Below are positions 7,071 through 15,163 of a stretch of DNA of 21,841 nt, piece after piece. Below the pieces are notes generated by a model that worked only from the letters and a program-made list of their open reading frames with translations, did not search any database and was not told where the DNA came from. The stretch is from a candidate division WOR-3 bacterium. GTDB lineage: Bacteria; Hydrothermota; Tepidihabitantia; Tepidihabitantales; JAOUPE01. Location of the stretch: the NCBI GenBank assembly GCA_039801565.1, contig JBDRUX010000033.1, positions 1 through 21,841 on the forward strand, read 5' to 3'. A program made the position numbers and the translations under genes. How positions within the stretch are numbered: position 1 is the first letter of the stretch; every line of letters begins with the position of its first letter.

Positions 7071-7598
7071 ATGAATCAAAAAACTTTTACGAAATTGACC
7101 TACGGTCTTTATATTATTAGCTCCAAGTTGGGGGATAAGTTTAATGGCCAAATTGCCGATTGCGTGATGCAAATAACCGCTAATCCAGCAACAATCGCAG
7201 TTAGTATTAACAAAAATAATTTGACGCATGAATTTATTAGAACCAGCAAGGTTTTTACCGTCTCGATTCTGGCAAAGACCACGCCATTTAAGTTTATTGG
7301 CCATTTTGGCTTCAAGTCCGGACGTGCGATAGATAAATTTAATGGTATCAATTACCAATTGGGTAGCACTGGTGTACCGATTGTTCTGGACAATACAATT
7401 GGCTTCTTAGAATGCGAATTGATTCAAAGTGTTGATGTCGGTACCCATACCATATTTATCGGAAAGGTGGTGGCTGCCGATTTATTTAATGACGCCGAAC
7501 CGATGACCTACGATTATTATCATACAGTGCTCAAAGGAAAGACCGCGAAAAATGCACCAACTTATATTGAAGAAAAAGGGGGTAAGGATGACAATTAA
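7071..7598 (+). CDS. Flavin reductase-like protein (flavoprotein domain of high-molecular-weight rubredoxin Hrb; no rubredoxin domain)
   Basis: LTYGLYIIS, FNGQIA, IAVSINKNNLTHEFI, FGFKSGR, GTHTIFIG, EPMTYDYYH..KNAPTY match the Hrb/flavoredoxin N-terminal domain; no C-terminal CxxC..CxxC. Confidence 0.88.
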   Translation: MNQKTFTKLTYGLYIISSKLGDKFNGQIADCVMQITANPATIAVSINKNNLTHEFIRTSKVFTVSILAKTTPFKFIGHFGFKSGRAIDKFNGINYQLGSTGVPIVLDNTIGFLECELIQSVDVGTHTIFIGKVVAADLFNDAEPMTYDYYHTVLKGKTAKNAPTYIEEKGGKDDN

Positions 7599-8772
7599 AA
7601 AGATAAGAGATGGAATTTTTACGGTTGGCGCAATTGATTGGGACCGTAGATTATTTGACGAACTTATCCCTTTACCTGATGGAACCAGTTACAATGCCTA
7701 TCTAATTCAAGGTTCCGAGAAAGTAGCTTTGCTGGATACGGTTGATCCGACCAAAGAGACTGAACATCTGGAAAATCTCAATCGGTTGGGAATCAAGCGT
7801 ATTGACTATATAATTTCACACCACGCTGAACAGGATCACTCCGGAGCAATCCCAAAAGTCTTGTCAGCTTATCCAATGGCAAAGGTGGTAACTAATGCTA
7901 AATGTCGGGAGATGCTGATTGATTTACTTTTGATTCCCGAGGATAAATTCATTGTGATACAGGATGGTGAAACCTTGTCGTTAGGCAATCGGACTTTAGA
8001 ATTTATTTTTGCCCCCTGGGTGCATTGGCCCGAAACCTTTCTCACTTATCTAAAAGAAGAGAAGATTCTATTTCCCTGCGATTTGTTTGGTTCTCATTTG
8101 GCAAGTAGTGATTTATATGCTGATGACGAAGCAAAGGTTTACGAATGCGCCAAACGGTATTATGCCGAAATAATGATGCCGTTTCGTAATAATATCAAAA
8201 AGCATCTGGAACGATTAAGTAAATATGAAATTGAATTGATTGCCCCCAGCCACGGTCCAATCTATCGGCGACCGGAATTTATCATTGAGGCTTATAAGGA
8301 TTGGGTGGCTGACGATGTGAAAAACGAAGTGGTAATTCCTTATGTTTCGATGCACGGTAGTACCCGCCGGATGATTGATTACTTTGTTGATGCCTTAATG
8401 GATAGGGAATTAGTGGTAAAACCTTTCAATTTGACGAAGACAGATATTGGGGAACTGGCGATAGCTCTGGTTGATACAGCGACAGTTGTAATTGGAACAC
8501 CGACCGTCCTGGTGGGACCCCATCCAGCAGCTGTATACGCCGCTTATTTGGCTAATGCTTTAAGACCGAAACTTAGATTTGCTTCGATTATTGGTTCATA
8601 CGGTTGGGGTGGCAAGATGTTAGAAACGCTTAAAGGGATGCTCTCAAATCTTAAAGTAGAATTTTTACAACCAGTAATCATAAAGGGATACCCAAAGGCT
8701 ACGGATTTCAAGGAGTTGGACCGTTTAGCCGATGATATATTAACGAAGCATAAAGAACATAAACTTTTGTAA
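7588..8772 (+). CDS. fprA: Class A flavodiiron protein (O2/NO reductase)
   Basis: GTSYNAYLI; di-iron ligand motifs HAEQDH, HWPE, CDLFG, PSHG; flavodoxin domain SMHGST and GSYGWGG; SD AAGGGGG before ATG 7588. Confidence 0.95.
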   Translation: MTIKKIRDGIFTVGAIDWDRRLFDELIPLPDGTSYNAYLIQGSEKVALLDTVDPTKETEHLENLNRLGIKRIDYIISHHAEQDHSGAIPKVLSAYPMAKVVTNAKCREMLIDLLLIPEDKFIVIQDGETLSLGNRTLEFIFAPWVHWPETFLTYLKEEKILFPCDLFGSHLASSDLYADDEAKVYECAKRYYAEIMMPFRNNIKKHLERLSKYEIELIAPSHGPIYRRPEFIIEAYKDWVADDVKNEVVIPYVSMHGSTRRMIDYFVDALMDRELVVKPFNLTKTDIGELAIALVDTATVVIGTPTVLVGPHPAAVYAAYLANALRPKLRFASIIGSYGWGGKMLETLKGMLSNLKVEFLQPVIIKGYPKATDFKELDRLADDILTKHKEHKLL

Positions 8773-8785
8773 GAAAGGAGCTATA

Positions 8786-9181
8786 ATGAAGCAAATTGGC
8801 GAACTTTTTCAGACCGCGGATTGGAAAGCCGAAAAACATGTCCCGGTAATTGAACTGCTTTCCAAGCCGAAAAAAGGTGAAAATATTAAAATAATGGTCA
8901 GTGTTGGTAAAGAGATACCCCATCCTAATACAACCGAACATCATATTGTCTGGATTGATGTTCAGTTTCTGCCCGATGGTGAGAAATTTCCTTACCATCT
9001 TGGCCGATTTGAATTCTTAGCCCATGGTGCATCTACCCAAGGACCTAATACCAGCACAATCTATACCCAGCCCGAAGTAGCATTAGCATTTAAGACCGAA
9101 AAATCCGGAACGGTATATGCTTATTCTTATTGTAATATCCATGGGCTATGGTCAAATTCAATGGAATTGAGATTAGAGTAA
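8786..9181 (+). CDS. sor: Superoxide reductase, 1Fe/neelaredoxin type
   Basis: EKHVP, HPNTTEHHI and YCNIHGLW iron-site motifs; no N-terminal desulforedoxin domain; SD AAGGAG. Confidence 0.94.
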   Translation: MKQIGELFQTADWKAEKHVPVIELLSKPKKGENIKIMVSVGKEIPHPNTTEHHIVWIDVQFLPDGEKFPYHLGRFEFLAHGASTQGPNTSTIYTQPEVALAFKTEKSGTVYAYSYCNIHGLWSNSMELRLE

Positions 9182-9195
9182 AGCAAGGAGGCAAA

Positions 9196-9615
9196 ATGGC
9201 AACCAAAGCATTAATGGATATGCTTAACCGAGCAATTGCTCGTGAATTACAAGTATCAATTCAATATATGTGGCAACACGTGCTCTGGAAAGGAACCAAA
9301 GGGTTTGCGGTAAAGGATGAACTTAAAAAAATCGCAATTACGGAAATGAAACATGCGGAAGCGATTGCGGAAAGATTAGCCTACTTAGGCGGCATTCCAA
9401 CCAGTAAACCCGAACCAATCTTTATTGGCGAAAACCTTAAAGAGATGCTTTCGCAAGATAAAAAAGACGAAGAAGGCGCAATCAAATTGTATAAACAGAT
9501 AATCGAAACTGCTCGTAAAGAAGATGACGAAACGACTAAGAAGCTATTTCAAGGAATCTTAGCTGATGAAGAAGAGCATCACGATACCTTCACTAGTCTA
9601 CTTGAAGATTTATAA
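9196..9615 (+). CDS. Short bacterioferritin-like di-iron protein (139 aa)
   Basis: ARELQVSIQY, EMKHAE, DEEGAIKLY and DEEEH ferroxidase-type motifs; SD AAGGAGG before ATG 9196. Confidence 0.88.
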   Translation: MATKALMDMLNRAIARELQVSIQYMWQHVLWKGTKGFAVKDELKKIAITEMKHAEAIAERLAYLGGIPTSKPEPIFIGENLKEMLSQDKKDEEGAIKLYKQIIETARKEDDETTKKLFQGILADEEEHHDTFTSLLEDL

Positions 9616-9661
9616 AAACACAATCCCGGAATAATAGCTGGGCAAAATCCCCACTTAACGA

Positions 9662-9701
9662 TTCGGCTCCGGTCCCAAAACGACCGGAGCCGAAATATCT
9701 T
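9662..9701 (+). terminator. Probable intrinsic terminator of the oxidative-stress operon
   Basis: Perfect 13-bp stem TTCGGCTCCGGTC/GACCGGAGCCGAA (9662-9694), 7-nt loop, AT-rich tail ATATCTTTATT (weak U-tract). Confidence 0.7.
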
Positions 9702-9776
9702 TATTATAAGTTGCGTAATTTCAAATCATTGTTGAATTAATATTAGATTTTGTTCGGCCGATTAAGTTAGAATAGA

Positions 9777-9841
9777 TTGATAAGGCTAATAGAATACTAT
9801 ATATTGTGTTTTTAAAATAATTTTATTGCTATATATAGCAA
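9777..9841 (+). promoter_or_regulatory. Putative promoter with tandem NrdR-box-like operators
   Basis: TTGATA (9777-9782), 17 nt, TATATT (9800-9805); box 1 ATACTATATATTGTGT (9794-9809) and box 2 TTGCTATATATAGCAA (9826-9841), 32 bp apart. Confidence 0.55.
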
Positions 9842-9999
9842 TGAATTAGATTATTGGTACGGTGTTTTCCTTAATTTAAAAAAATAGTAAAGGGGTAGGA
9901 GAGATTTTTACCAGGTACTAATTATTTCTATTAATTTTTGATATTATAAGTATTATAAATGCATTACTTAAAAATTTTGATGCGACATAAAAATTTTGC

Positions 10000-10027
10000 T
10001 TGACAATTTTGGATTTTTCATTATTGT
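10000..10027 (+). promoter_or_regulatory. Putative mra (dcw) promoter
   Basis: TTGACA (10000-10005), 16 nt, TATTGT (10022-10027), overlapping the first MraZ-binding repeat. Confidence 0.65.
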
Positions 10028-10061
10028 GGTGCTCTGTGGTGAAAGTTGGTGTAAAGTGGTG
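10026..10061 (+). promoter_or_regulatory. MraZ-binding repeats (4 copies, 10-bp period)
   Basis: GTGGTG (10026), GTGGTG (10036), TTGGTG (10046), GTGGTG (10056) fit the known GTGG-N6 autoregulatory repeats upstream of mraZ. Confidence 0.85.
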
Positions 10062-10529
10062 ATGAAATTTTTTGGACATTTCTTGTATTCGGTTGATCAT
10101 AAAGGCAGGGTTGCCATCCCGAACTCTTTCCGCAAGGCCCTTCCCCAAGAGTCTAATGGCAGACTCGTCATTAACAAAGGCCATGACAGAACCCTATCAA
10201 TCCACCCCCTGTCAGTGTGGGAAAAGCTCGTCGGTGGCACCCTGCTAAAACTTTCGGTCAATCGAAGGGAGTCACGAATGTTCCTTTGGGGAATGGCGGG
10301 AAATGCCGTTGAGGTAACTCTCGATGCCCAAGGAAGGATTAGCATCCCAAAAGAACTTTTAGAATACGCCGGAATTACAAACCAAGTAGTAATCTTTGGT
10401 AGCATCAGTTATTTTGTAATGGCAAATCCTGAAACCTACAATAAACTGCAAAAGGAATTTGAGGAAAATTTTGAAAAATATGCTGCTGATTTACTCGACA
10501 GCATCGAAATTTTGAATAAAAACGAATGA
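10062..10529 (+). CDS. mraZ: Division/cell wall cluster transcriptional repressor MraZ
   Basis: Two DxxGR motifs (VDHKGRVAIP, LDAQGRISIP); first gene of the dcw cluster; start at MKFFG (10062) because the ORF-track extension runs over the promoter and operators. Confidence 0.95.
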   Translation: MKFFGHFLYSVDHKGRVAIPNSFRKALPQESNGRLVINKGHDRTLSIHPLSVWEKLVGGTLLKLSVNRRESRMFLWGMAGNAVEVTLDAQGRISIPKELLEYAGITNQVVIFGSISYFVMANPETYNKLQKEFEENFEKYAADLLDSIEILNKNE

Positions 10530-11497
10530 TTAATATTATGACAGTAAATAAATGGCAAGGGGCAGTTGCTAATTTGATAACTTGCGAAGAAAAGAAAATT
10601 GATTCAAATTTTTTTCATCGCCCAGTAATGGTTCGAGAAGTGATTCAATACTTGGCGCCGAAGAAGGGAATTTTTATTGATGCCACCGTCGGTGGCGGAG
10701 GACACGCTGAAGCAATTCTTGCTGCTTTGGAAGCCGGGTTCTTAATCGGAATTGATTTAGACCCAGAAGCAATTTCCTATTCCCAACGGAGACTAAATCG
10801 TTTTAATAATTTTCACCTTTTTAATTGTAATTTTACCGAAATGGGGGAAGTAATACAAGAATTCCGCAAAACTTCCATCTGTAACAATCAGCAAGTAATG
10901 GGAATATTATTCGATTTGGGCGTTTCATTTCATCAAATTCGTTCCGCCCAGCGCGGATTTTCTTTTGAATTGAATGGTCCTTTGGATATGCGATTTAATT
11001 CGGAAAGCCCACTTAAGGCCTACGATATCATTCGCCGTTCCTCCCTGCCCGAGATTGAAACAATCATAAGACAATTCGGGGAAGAGAAATTTGCCAAACG
11101 AATTGCCAAAGCAATCTGGCAGAAGCGAAAAGAACTCAAAACTACTACCCAACTCGCCGATTTAATTACCCAGCAATTGAAAAGGCTCCCGGACGCAGTT
11201 AAAAGAAAGGCAATGCGGCGAACCTTTCAAGCCCTTAGGATGGCGACCAATAATGAATTAGAAAATCTCCAAAAAGGGTTGCTAACGGTATTGGAATTAT
11301 TAGCCCCTGGTGGCCGGATTGTAGTTCTCGCCTATCACTCCTTAGAAGACCGGATTGTGAAAAACACTTTTCGCGAATTTGCCAGACAAGGAAAAATTGA
11401 AATTCTTACCAAAAAGCCACTGCGACCAACTCCAACCGAAATCCAGCAAAATCCACAAGCCCATAGTGCCCGGTTACGGGCAGCGGTTAAGATTTAA
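10526..11497 (+). CDS. rsmH: 16S rRNA m4C1402 methyltransferase RsmH (MraW)
   Basis: HRPVM, DATVGGGGH, LFDLGVS, RGFSF..GPLDMR, RTFQALR, YHSLEDRIVK, SARLRA; start uncertain (about 30 aa precede HRPVM). Confidence 0.97.
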   Translation: MINIMTVNKWQGAVANLITCEEKKIDSNFFHRPVMVREVIQYLAPKKGIFIDATVGGGGHAEAILAALEAGFLIGIDLDPEAISYSQRRLNRFNNFHLFNCNFTEMGEVIQEFRKTSICNNQQVMGILFDLGVSFHQIRSAQRGFSFELNGPLDMRFNSESPLKAYDIIRRSSLPEIETIIRQFGEEKFAKRIAKAIWQKRKELKTTTQLADLITQQLKRLPDAVKRKAMRRTFQALRMATNNELENLQKGLLTVLELLAPGGRIVVLAYHSLEDRIVKNTFREFARQGKIEILTKKPLRPTPTEIQQNPQAHSARLRAAVKI

Positions 11498-11505
11498 TTA
11501 TTAAA

Positions 11506-11829
11506 ATGAAAAAATTTCTCCTGTTAATTTCTTTGGCTTTGATACCAATTCTTTATCTCTGCACCCATAACACCAGTTTTCGTTTGACACGCCAGATTGC
11601 CGAAATGGAAGAAGAAAAGAAACTCTTAACCGAACAACTTGAACAGAATAAAATCCGATTAACCAAAGCCTTTTCCTACACGGTAATCGAGGCGAAGGCA
11701 TTAGCAATTGGCTTAACTTTCCCAACACCGGATAGTTCAAACATAAAGCTGATAAATTCGACAGCACCCTCGGAAAAAGTTTTTAAAGCATTAGCCAACC
11801 GGGACAACAAATTGAAATGTTCGAGATAA
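11506..11829 (+). CDS. ftsL: FtsL-like cell division protein
   Basis: Lies between rsmH and ftsI; single N-terminal hydrophobic helix, coiled coil (IAEMEEEKKLLTEQLEQ), IEAKALAIGL..P motif. Confidence 0.7.
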   Translation: MKKFLLLISLALIPILYLCTHNTSFRLTRQIAEMEEEKKLLTEQLEQNKIRLTKAFSYTVIEAKALAIGLTFPTPDSSNIKLINSTAPSEKVFKALANRDNKLKCSR

Positions 11830-13610
11830 ATCGCATAAAAATTATTAAGCGATTATTGATTGGGTGTTGGGCAATTAGTTTGATTTATGTTTTTTATTTG
11901 CAGATAATTGCTGGTAAGAAGTATCGGCAAAAAGCCAAAAAAATCCAAGAAACTACTCTGGAATTGATTGCCCCTCGTGGTGAGATTTACGACCGGTACG
12001 GTCGGCATATCGTAGTTAATCGTTCCTGTTTTTCAATTTCGGTTCTACCCCAGTATTTAGAAAAACGAAGAAAAGAAGCAGCCGATATTTTAGCCAGTTG
12101 TGGAAAAAAAGATTTCAATACCACTTATCACGAATTACGCACCAAGAAAAAATTTTATTGGTATTTAAAACAAATTGATTATGAAATCGGTAAATCCCTG
12201 GCTATGAAATTAAAAAAGGCCGGGTTGAATGGGGCAATCTCGATAGTTCCTGATAATAACCGTTGCTATCCATTTTCGGAAGCGGTGGCAAGTGTAATCG
12301 GTTTCGTTGGTAGTGTCGGTCCGGGTGATAAAAAGGGATGGGCTGGAATTGAATATCAGTTCGACTCGTTGCTGAGTGGCAAACCCGGTAAAGTGATTTG
12401 CGGCCGGGACGGACTGGGTAACATCTATTACCATCCTGCGCATCCAATTGAACCAGCCTGCCCGGGTTGTGATATTTTTCTAACACTCGATTTGGATATC
12501 CAGTTAATTGCTTACGAAGAATTGAAAGCCGCTGTCGAGAATTGTCGGGCACTTTTTGGCTCAGTCATAGTATTAGACTGTCAAACTGGTGAAATTTTGG
12601 CAATGGCGGATTACCCGGATTTCGACCCAAATCGTTATCAAAAATACGATTCGAGATTATGGACGCCTTACGCAGTGACAAGCGAATTTGAACCGGGTTC
12701 ATCCTTTAAATTAGTCATAATGGCAACTGCTCTCACCAGCCCTAATTGTGACCAGTTGCTCCAAGAAGCTTACGATGTCAGTTTAGGTTACATTACGATT
12801 TCCGGCAAGAAAATTAAAGATGTGCAAAAAAAGAAAATTCTTGACTTCGCCGAAATATTTATTCACTCTTCTAATATCGGTGTCAGTATGCTTACCCAAA
12901 AATTAGCAGCGACAAATTTTTATCTTACTGCCCGCAAGTTAGGGTTTAATTTACCAACCGGTATCGAATTACCCGGCGAAGCTTCCGGTTATTTAGACCC
13001 ACCGCAAAAAATAAAAAACCCTTTACGTTTTGCTAATAACGCCTTTGGGCAAGGTCTCCGTACCACTCTTTTACAATTAGCTAATGCCTATTTGTGCGTG
13101 GCTAACGATGGAATATTATTAAGACCCTACATCGTCAAGAAAATCGTCAATCCAAGACAAGAAGTGATTTATCAAGGTGAACGAACTGTGGTTCGGCGCG
13201 CGCTTGATTCACATACAGTTTCGCGCATGAAAGATATTTTAGCTCGAGTTATAACTGAAGGTTCTGGAGTTAAAGCCGGTTTAGACGAATATGAAGTGTG
13301 TGGAAAAACCGGTACCGCCCAAAAATTAGTCAATGGCAAATATTCTTCCGACAAATCGTTAATGACTTTTATTGGTTTCTTCCCCAAAACTAATCCCAAA
13401 TACCTCATTGCGGTTTTGATTGATGAACCACTGAGAACAGCTCAAACCCGATTTGCTGGGGATGTGACTTGCCCATTGTTTAAAAGAATCGCCACTCGCA
13501 TATGTAGATTAAAACAATCGGAAATAAAGGATATCGTAAATAACCAATCGGCACTAACTCCCATCAGTTCCGTAATCGAAAAATCCCAAATTGAGTTGAC
13601 CCGAAGGTGA
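11817..13610 (+). CDS. ftsI: Class B penicillin-binding protein FtsI/PBP3
   Basis: RGEIYDRYG, GIEYQFD, LTLDLDIQ; catalytic EPGSSFK (SxxK), SSN and KTGTAQK. Confidence 0.95.
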   Translation: MFEINRIKIIKRLLIGCWAISLIYVFYLQIIAGKKYRQKAKKIQETTLELIAPRGEIYDRYGRHIVVNRSCFSISVLPQYLEKRRKEAADILASCGKKDFNTTYHELRTKKKFYWYLKQIDYEIGKSLAMKLKKAGLNGAISIVPDNNRCYPFSEAVASVIGFVGSVGPGDKKGWAGIEYQFDSLLSGKPGKVICGRDGLGNIYYHPAHPIEPACPGCDIFLTLDLDIQLIAYEELKAAVENCRALFGSVIVLDCQTGEILAMADYPDFDPNRYQKYDSRLWTPYAVTSEFEPGSSFKLVIMATALTSPNCDQLLQEAYDVSLGYITISGKKIKDVQKKKILDFAEIFIHSSNIGVSMLTQKLAATNFYLTARKLGFNLPTGIELPGEASGYLDPPQKIKNPLRFANNAFGQGLRTTLLQLANAYLCVANDGILLRPYIVKKIVNPRQEVIYQGERTVVRRALDSHTVSRMKDILARVITEGSGVKAGLDEYEVCGKTGTAQKLVNGKYSSDKSLMTFIGFFPKTNPKYLIAVLIDEPLRTAQTRFAGDVTCPLFKRIATRICRLKQSEIKDIVNNQSALTPISSVIEKSQIELTRR

Positions 13611-13704
13611 AATTAAATAAAAAAATCAAGCAAGTTGAACTAACAGTATTGAATAACTGCCTTAAACAAACTTTTAAGCAATTGTTTACTTTGGGGTGGA
13701 TAAA

Positions 13705-15159
13705 ATGGCAAAACTACTCGAAGAATTAATCTCGGATTTATCCGTAAATAAAATTCTTGGCGATAAAAAAATTACGATCACTGGGATTGCCTATCATTCT
13801 CAAAAGGTAAGACCAAACTACCTTTTTGTTGCCCTCGAAGGTAGTAAGACATCGGGCATTCAATTCATCGAAGAAGCGCTCGCAAAAGGTGCGGTGGCGA
13901 TTGCCTCTAACCAAATAATCCCAAATTGGAACAATAAAGCAACTTATTTACAAGTGGCAGAACCAAGAATTTTTTTAGCGCAGGTCGCTAATAAATTTTA
14001 TAATTTTCCGACCCAGAGAATTAAGCTTATCGGCGTTACCGGAACTAATGGTAAAACAACCACGGCTTATTTAATTAAATCAATTTTAGACACCGCTGGT
14101 AAAACCAGCGGTCTTCTGGGTACAATCAAACATTTCGATGGTGAGAATTGGTTGAAGGCAGAAAATACAACACCTGAGAGTTTGGACATCATCCAAATAT
14201 TGACCAAATTAGAACATAAAGGAATAAATTATTGTGTTTTGGAGGTGTCTTCTCATGGCTTAGAGTTGCACCGGGTTTTTGGTTTGCGGTTTTCGGTCGG
14301 TGTCTTCACCAATCTAACTCAAGACCATCTTGATTTTCATAAAACTATTGAGGCTTATAAAAATGCGAAATTGAAACTGTTTGCTGGGTTAGATAAAAAG
14401 GCAATAGCCATCGTTAACCGAGATGATGATTTGGCTTACGAAATTGACCAAATTAGCCAGGCACGAATCATCTATTATAGTCTGAAAAACCCAGCTGAAA
14501 TCACCGCTAAGATTTTAGATTTAACCCCACTGGGAACTAAGCTAATCTTAAATAGTGAAGGCACAGAGGTGGCAATGAATTTAAGACTGCCGGGCACCCC
14601 CAATGTCTATAATCTCCTTGCCGCAGCTGGCGTTGGACTGGCTTTGGGAATTTCTTTGGCTACGATCAAAACCGGCATTGAAAAAGTAAAGTTCATCCCG
14701 GGTCGTTTGGAACGAGTAGAAAATGACAAGGGACTGCTTGTTTTTGTTGACTATGCCCATAGCCCTGATGCTCTTAAAAATTTGCTTATGACAGCACGAG
14801 CGTTTACTAAAAAACGCGTGCTGATTCTATTTGGCTGTGGGGGCAATCGCGATAAAACAAAACGGCCAATTATGGGTAGAATTGCTACTGAATTAGCTGA
14901 TTTTGTCGTTCTAACCTCGGATAATCCAAGAGATGAAGACCCGCAAAAAATCATTGAGGACATTAAGACAGGAATAACCAAGTCGAACTTTGAAGTTGTT
15001 CCTGACCGCTACCGTGCAATTAAGCGAATTCTGACTTTAGCGCAAATGGGTGATATTGTGTTGATTGCCGGCAAAGGACACGAGGACTACCAAATTATTG
15101 GCAATGAAAAGCGACATTTTGATGATAAACAAGTTGTCAAACAAATCTTAGAAAGTTAA
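13705..15159 (+). CDS. murE: UDP-MurNAc-tripeptide synthetase (meso-DAP type)
   Basis: GVTGTNGKTT, TTPES, EVSSHGL, DHLDFH, DYAHSPD, DNPR (DAP specificity), AGKGHEDYQ; start ATG 13705 or GTG 13696. Confidence 0.97.
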   Translation: MAKLLEELISDLSVNKILGDKKITITGIAYHSQKVRPNYLFVALEGSKTSGIQFIEEALAKGAVAIASNQIIPNWNNKATYLQVAEPRIFLAQVANKFYNFPTQRIKLIGVTGTNGKTTTAYLIKSILDTAGKTSGLLGTIKHFDGENWLKAENTTPESLDIIQILTKLEHKGINYCVLEVSSHGLELHRVFGLRFSVGVFTNLTQDHLDFHKTIEAYKNAKLKLFAGLDKKAIAIVNRDDDLAYEIDQISQARIIYYSLKNPAEITAKILDLTPLGTKLILNSEGTEVAMNLRLPGTPNVYNLLAAAGVGLALGISLATIKTGIEKVKFIPGRLERVENDKGLLVFVDYAHSPDALKNLLMTARAFTKKRVLILFGCGGNRDKTKRPIMGRIATELADFVVLTSDNPRDEDPQKIIEDIKTGITKSNFEVVPDRYRAIKRILTLAQMGDIVLIAGKGHEDYQIIGNEKRHFDDKQVVKQILES

Positions 15160-15163
15160 CTCG

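Noticed and set aside
9616..9999. Riboswitch, tRNA or known ncRNA in the long intergenic region
   Set aside because: No recognisable cloverleaf or riboswitch core by eye; a covariance-model search would be needed to exclude one.
13611..13704. Internal promoter or murF remnant between ftsI and murE
   Set aside because: TTGAAC and TTGAAT lack a correctly spaced -10 box, and no ligase-like coding trace is visible.
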